Source: Candidatus Lustribacter sp. (GTDB lineage: Bacteria > Vulcanimicrobiota > Vulcanimicrobiia > Vulcanimicrobiales > Vulcanimicrobiaceae). From it: a stretch of 64,000 nt of DNA. The translations under genes were made by a program, and so were the position numbers. The notes under the pieces were generated by a model. The model worked only from the letters and a program-made list of their open reading frames with translations. It had not been told where the DNA came from and ran no database searches. How positions within the stretch are numbered: the first letter of the stretch is position 1; each line of letters opens with the position of its first letter. Shown here piece after piece: positions 50,101 to 56,100 of the stretch. The stretch is from assembly GCA_965277805.1 (NCBI GenBank), contig OZ255842.1, positions 3,424,001 through 3,488,000 of the forward strand, in the 5' to 3' direction.

Positions 50101-53100
50101 GCCGCCGCCGCCGATCGACTGCGCGAGGATGCCGTTGCTGAAATCGCCGGTGCCCGTATTGATGCCGGCGCCGGTGTTGGTCACGCTGACGTTGCCGGCC
50201 TTGGCCCCGCCGCCGCCCGAGCCGCCGAAGCTCAGCGCCGCGTCGCTGCCGTTCGCGAGCGTTCCGGCCACCGAGAAACCGCCGTTGCCGCCGCCGCCGC
50301 CGACCGATTGCGCCTCGATGCCGTTCGAGCTCGAACCGTTGGTGATAATCGTCGCGTCGCTCGTCACCGTGACGTCGTTGCCGGTGCTGCCCATGCCGCC
50401 GTTGCCGCCGAGGCTGACCGACGCGCCGGACCCGTTGCTCAGGTCGCCGGCCACGCTGAAGCCGCCGTTGCCGCCACCGCCCCCGAGCGATTGCGCGAGG
50501 ATACCATTGGAACTCGAACCGCCGGTCTGAATCGTCACCGCGGTCAGGCTGGTTACGCTCGCCGTGCCGGCTGCGCCGCCGGTGCCGCCCTTGCCGCCGA
50601 GCGAGATCGCCGCGCTCGTCCCGTTCGAGAGCGTTCCGGCCACGGAGAAACCGCCGTTACCGCCGCCGCCACCCAGCGACTGCGCGGCGATGCCGTCGGA
50701 CTCGTTGCCCATCGTCTGGATGTTGCCGGTGCTCGTGACCGCCACGTTACCCGATGCGCCCGCCGCGCCGCCCGTACCACCGGCGCTGATGCTGGCGGCG
50801 CTGCCGTTGGCGCCGGTTGCCGCGATGCTGAAACCGCCGTTGCCGCCGCCGCCGCCGATCGACTGTGCGAGAATGCCGTCGGACTGATCCAAGCGCGTGC
50901 TGATGTTCCCGACGCTGACGACCGTCACGGCGCCGGCCGTGGTGGAGGTGGCGCTGCCTCCGCTGCCGCCGAGGCTGAACGACGCCGAAGGAGCGTTGCT
51001 CGCGCCGCCGGCGATGCTGAAGCCGCCGTTACCGCCGCCTCCCGCGATCGATTGCGCCTGAATGCCGTCGGATTGGACGCCGCTCGTCGAGATGTCGCCG
51101 TAGTCGGTGACGCTGACCGCGCCCGACGACGCGCCGCCGCCGCCGCTTCCGCCGATGGAAAGGTTGATGCTGTTGCCGGCCGACAAGCCGCCCGCGACGC
51201 TGAAGCCGCCGTTGCCGCCGCCGCCGCCGATCGATTGCGCTTGGATCCCCGCCGCGCTGCTGCCGCCGGTCACGATGTCGACCGAACTCGTGGTCGAGCC
51301 GTTGGTGACGGTCACGGCGTCCGACGTGCCGCCGGCGGCGCCGCTGCCGCCCAGGCTGACGCCGATCGTGCGCCCGCTGCCCGAGATGTCGCCCACGACG
51401 CTGAAGCCGCCGTTGCCGCCGCCGCCGCCGACCGACTGCGCCTGGATGCCGACGGAACCGTTGCCGCCGGTGGTGATCGCCGTATTGCTGGTGACGGTGA
51501 CCATGCCTGCGGTGCCGCCGCTCGCGCCCGAACCGCCCAGCGCGACCGAAACGTTGGTGCCGTTGCCGATGCTGCCGCCGACGGCGAAGCCGCCGTTGCC
51601 GCCGCCGCCACCGATCGATTGCGCCTGGATGCCGGCCGAGCTGTTGCCGCCCGTGACGATCGCAGCGGCGCCGCCGTTGGCGCCTTGGCTTGCGACGGTG
51701 ACGTTCCCGGCCGTACCGCCGGCCGCGGCGCTGCCGCCGAGTGCGACCGACGCCGATGATCCGGTCGTCACGGTGCCGTCGACCGCGAAGCCGCCGTTGC
51801 CGCCGCCGCCGCCGATCGATTGCGCCTGAATGCCCGACGAGTCATCGCCGACCGTCATGATGATGCCGTCGTTGCCGGGCGCGGTGCTGGTCGTGGTGCT
51901 GTTGACGACGACGTTGCCGGCGTCGCCGCCCTGCGCACCGCCGCCGCCGAACGCCAATCCGGCTGCCGACCCGGTCGTCAGCGCGCCGTCGACAGCGAAG
52001 CCGCCGTTACCGCCGCCGCCGCCGATCGACTGCGCGAGAATGCCGGCCGAGTTGCTGTCGCCGGTCCCGATGTTGCCGGTGCTCGTCACCTTGACGAACT
52101 TGCCGTCGTCGCCCAAGCCGCCGTTGCCGGCAAATGCGACCGTGCCGGTCACGCCGGTCGTCAGAGCGCCGGCGACCGCGAAGCCGCCGTTGCCGCCGCC
52201 GCCGCCGATCGACTGCGCCGCGATACCATTCGATTCCACGCCGTCGGTCATGATCGAGCCGACGCTGGTGACCATGACCATACCGGCGTTCGAACCGGCG
52301 CCGCCCGTGCCGCCGAAGCTCGCGCCGAGGGCCGGACCGCCGGCGGCGACCGCGTCGACGCTGAAGCCGCCGTTGCCGCCGCCGCCGCCGATCGATTGGG
52401 CAAGGATGCCGTTCGAACGGTCGCCGTCGGTGATGATGTTGGAGATGACCGCCGAGCTGCCGCTGGTCACGAACACGTTGCCGGCGGTCGCGCCCGAGCC
52501 GCCTTTGCCGCCGAACGCGGCCGAGAGCGAACCGCTGCCGCTGAGCGAGCCCGTAATACTGAAGCCGCCGTTACCGCCGCCGCCGCCCAGCGATTGCGCG
52601 AGGATGCCGTTGGAATCGCTGCCGTCGGTCTCGATGCCGCCCAGGCTGTGCACCGTCACGGTCGAGGCGGTGCCGCCGTTGGAACCCGAACCGCCGAACG
52701 AAACCGACGCGGTGCCGCTGGTCGAGAGGCTGCCGGCGATCGCAAAGCCGCCGTTGCCGCCGCCGCCGCCGATCGATTGCGCCGCGATGCCGTCGGCATG
52801 CGAACCGTCAGTTTGGATCGTACCGGTGCTGGTCACGCTGACCGCCATGGCGTTGCCGCCGCCGCTGCCCGATCCGCCGAAACCCACCGAACCGGTGAGG
52901 CTCGTACCGGCAGAGGCCGCGATCGAGAAACCGCCGTTGCCGCCGCCGCCGCCGATCGATTGCGCTTGGATGCCGTCGGAGAAATCGCCGCTGCCGTCGG
53001 CGCCGGTATGGATGTTGGCCGCGCTGACGACCGTCACGGTGCCGGCGTCGGAACCGGTGCCGGCCTTGCCGCCGAAGCCGACCGCGATCGCCGGACCGCT

Positions 53101-56100
53101 GCCGGCCGATCCGGCCACGCTGAAGCCGCCGTCGCCGCCGCCGCCGCCGATCGACTGCGCTAAGATGCCGTCCGACCGCGAGCCGTCCGTCTGAATGATG
53201 GTGCCCGCCTCGGTAACCGAGACGTTGTTGGCGGCGCCACCGCCGGCGCCCTTACCGCCGAAGCCGAGACTCAACGCGGCGCCCGAACCGATGCTGCCGG
53301 CGATGCTGAAGCCGCCCGAACCGCCGCCGCCGCCGAGCGACTGCGCCTCGATGCCCGACGAGTCATCGCCGGTCGTGCCGATGCTGCCGGTGCTGCTGAC
53401 GGTCACCGTCGAGGCGGTGCCGCCCACCGAGCCGCTGCCGCCGAAGCTGAGGTTTGCGGTCGATCCCGCCGCCAGGCCGCCCGAGATCCCGAAGCCGCCG
53501 TCGCCGCCGCCGCCGCCGATCGACTGCGCCAAGATGCCGACGGAGTGCTCGCCGTCGGTCGTGATCTGTCCGGTACTGGCGACGAACACGGACAGGCCCG
53601 CTCCGCCGTCGCCGCCGCTGCCGCCGAAATTGACGTTGCCGCCCGCCGATAGCGTCGCCGAGGCCGCGACGCTGAAGCCGCCGTCGCCGCCGCTGCCGCC
53701 GATCGACTGGGCCCGAATGCCGTCGGAGTCGTCGTCCTGGCCGCTGCCCGTACCGGTTGCGATCGCGCCGTAGCTCTCCACGCTCACGGCAGCCGCATCC
53801 GAGCCGGCCGCTCCGGCGCCGCCGAAGCTCGCGCCGAGGGAGTAGCCGCCGCTCGCATTGGCCGCAACGCTGAAGCCGCCCGAGCCGCCGCCGCCGCCGA
53901 TGCTCAAGGCCGTGATGCCGTCCGACCGATCGCCCGACGTCGTAATGTTCGAGAGAACCGTATTGAGGTACGTGCCGGGGCCGGTCGATATCGTTCCGTT
54001 ATTGACGGTCACCGCCCCCGAGGTGGCGCCCGTTCCGCCCGCGCCGCCGAAGGACGCGCTCAGGCCGGCGTCGCCGGACGCTGTCCCGGCAATGCTGAAG
54101 CCGCCGCTGCCGCCGCCGCCGCCGACCGACTCCGCGTAGATACCCGATGAGTCATTGCCCAAGGTCGTGATGGAGCCGTAGGTGGCAACGGTGACCGCGC
54201 CGCCTTGCGCGCCGGTCCCGGCACCGCCGCCGAAGGTCAGGCTCGCCGATGCTCCGCCGCTGAGCGCACCCGCGGCGCTGAAGCCGCCGTTGCCGCCGCC
54301 GCCGCCGAGCGACTGCGCGAGGATGCCCGCCGAGTTGTCGCCGGCCGTGCCGATGTTGCCGACGCTGAACACCGAGACGCCCATGGCGACGCCGCCGCCC
54401 GACCCGTGTCCGCCGAAGCTCAGTGAACCGGACGCGTACGTGCTGGCGCTGCCGTCGATGCTGAAGCCGCCGTTACCGCCGCCGCCGCCGATCGACTGCG
54501 CGATGATCCCGCTCGAGGAGTTGTCGTCGGCGATGCCGTTGTCGACCAGCGCCGGAAGCGGGCCGCCCTCGAGCGACGTGGCGTACGGATTGTCGCCGGT
54601 ATAGATGTTGCTGTAGTTGGTGACCGTGACGGTACCGGCATTGCCGCCGGCCGCGCCGGAGCCGCCGAAGCTGCCGCTGATCGCGCCGTTCGCCACCGCG
54701 CCGGCCACGCTGAAGCCGCCGTTGCCGCCGCCGCCGCCGATCGATTGGGCGACGATGCCGGACGAACGCGAGCCGTCGGTCATGATCGTTCCCTCGAACG
54801 CCGTGCTGCCGTTGCCCGCGACGACGTTGCCGGCCGACGATCCCGTGCCGCCTGCACCGCCAAATGAAAGCGCTGCCGACGCGCCGGTGCTGAGGCCGCC
54901 GGCCACGCTGAACCCACCGTTTCCACCGGCGCCGCCGATGGATTGTGCAAGGATCGCGTCCGAATCGTCGCCGTAAGTGCCCATGTTGCCGACGTTGGTA
55001 GCGGTCACCGCCATGCCCTTACCGCCCGATGCGCCGCTGCCGCCCAGCGAGAGGCCGGCGCCGGCGTCGATGGTCAGGTTGCCGGCGATGCTGTAGCCGC
55101 CGTTGCCGCCGCCGCCGCCGATCGATTGCGCCTCGATGCCGTTGGCCTGCTCGCCCGCCGTGAAGATCGAACCGACGTTGGTGACGGTGACGATGCCGGC
55201 GTCGTCGCCGGAGCCGCCCTTACCGCCGATCGAGCCGGCAGCGCCGACCCCGAACGACGCGGATCCGGCGATGCTGAAGCCGCCCGAGCCGCCGCCGCCG
55301 CCGAGCGACTGCGCTTGAATGCCGTTGGAACTGTCGCCGTTGCCGGTGAACTTGCCGGTGGCCGGGTCGATGCCGGTCATGATGTTCGTGAAGCTCGTGA
55401 CCGTCACGTTGCCGGCGGTCGATCCGGTGCCGCCGCCGCCGCCGAGGGACGCGGCCAGCGACGCTTCACCCGAGCCGGCCGCGCCCACGCTGAAGCCGCC
55501 GTCGCCGCCGCCGCCGCCGATCGACTGCGCGAGGATACCGTCGGACCGCTGGCCCTCGGTGGCGATCATCGCTTCGCTGCCCGCGGTGCCGCTCGAAACG
55601 GTCACGGCACTACTAAATGAACCAGGACCGCCGGTGCCGCCGAACGAGGCGGCGAGTGCCGCACCCGCGCTCACCGCTGCCGAAATGCTGAAGCCGCCCT
55701 GACCGCCGCCGCCGCCGATCGATTGGGCGAGGATGCCGGCCGAGTCGTCGCCGGTCGTGATCACCGAGCCGGTGCTGCTAACGGTCACCGAGCTCGCCTG
55801 ATTACCCGTGCCGCCGGCGCCGGCGAAACTCAGGCTGCCGCCCGCCGCGGCCGCCAGCGAGCCGGCGACGGAGAATCCGCCGTTGCCGCCGCCGCCGCCG
55901 ATCGACTGGGCAGCGATGCCGTTGGCGCCCTCGCCGTTGGTCTTGACGGTGCCGTTGCTGTTCACCGTGACGTCGAGGCCCTTACCGCCGCCGCCGCCCG
56001 AACCGCCGAATCCGACTGCCGCGCCGGCCGTGGCCGAAAGATCGGCACCAACCGCGAAGCCGCCGTTGCCGCCGCCGCCGCCGATCGATTGCGCTAAAAT

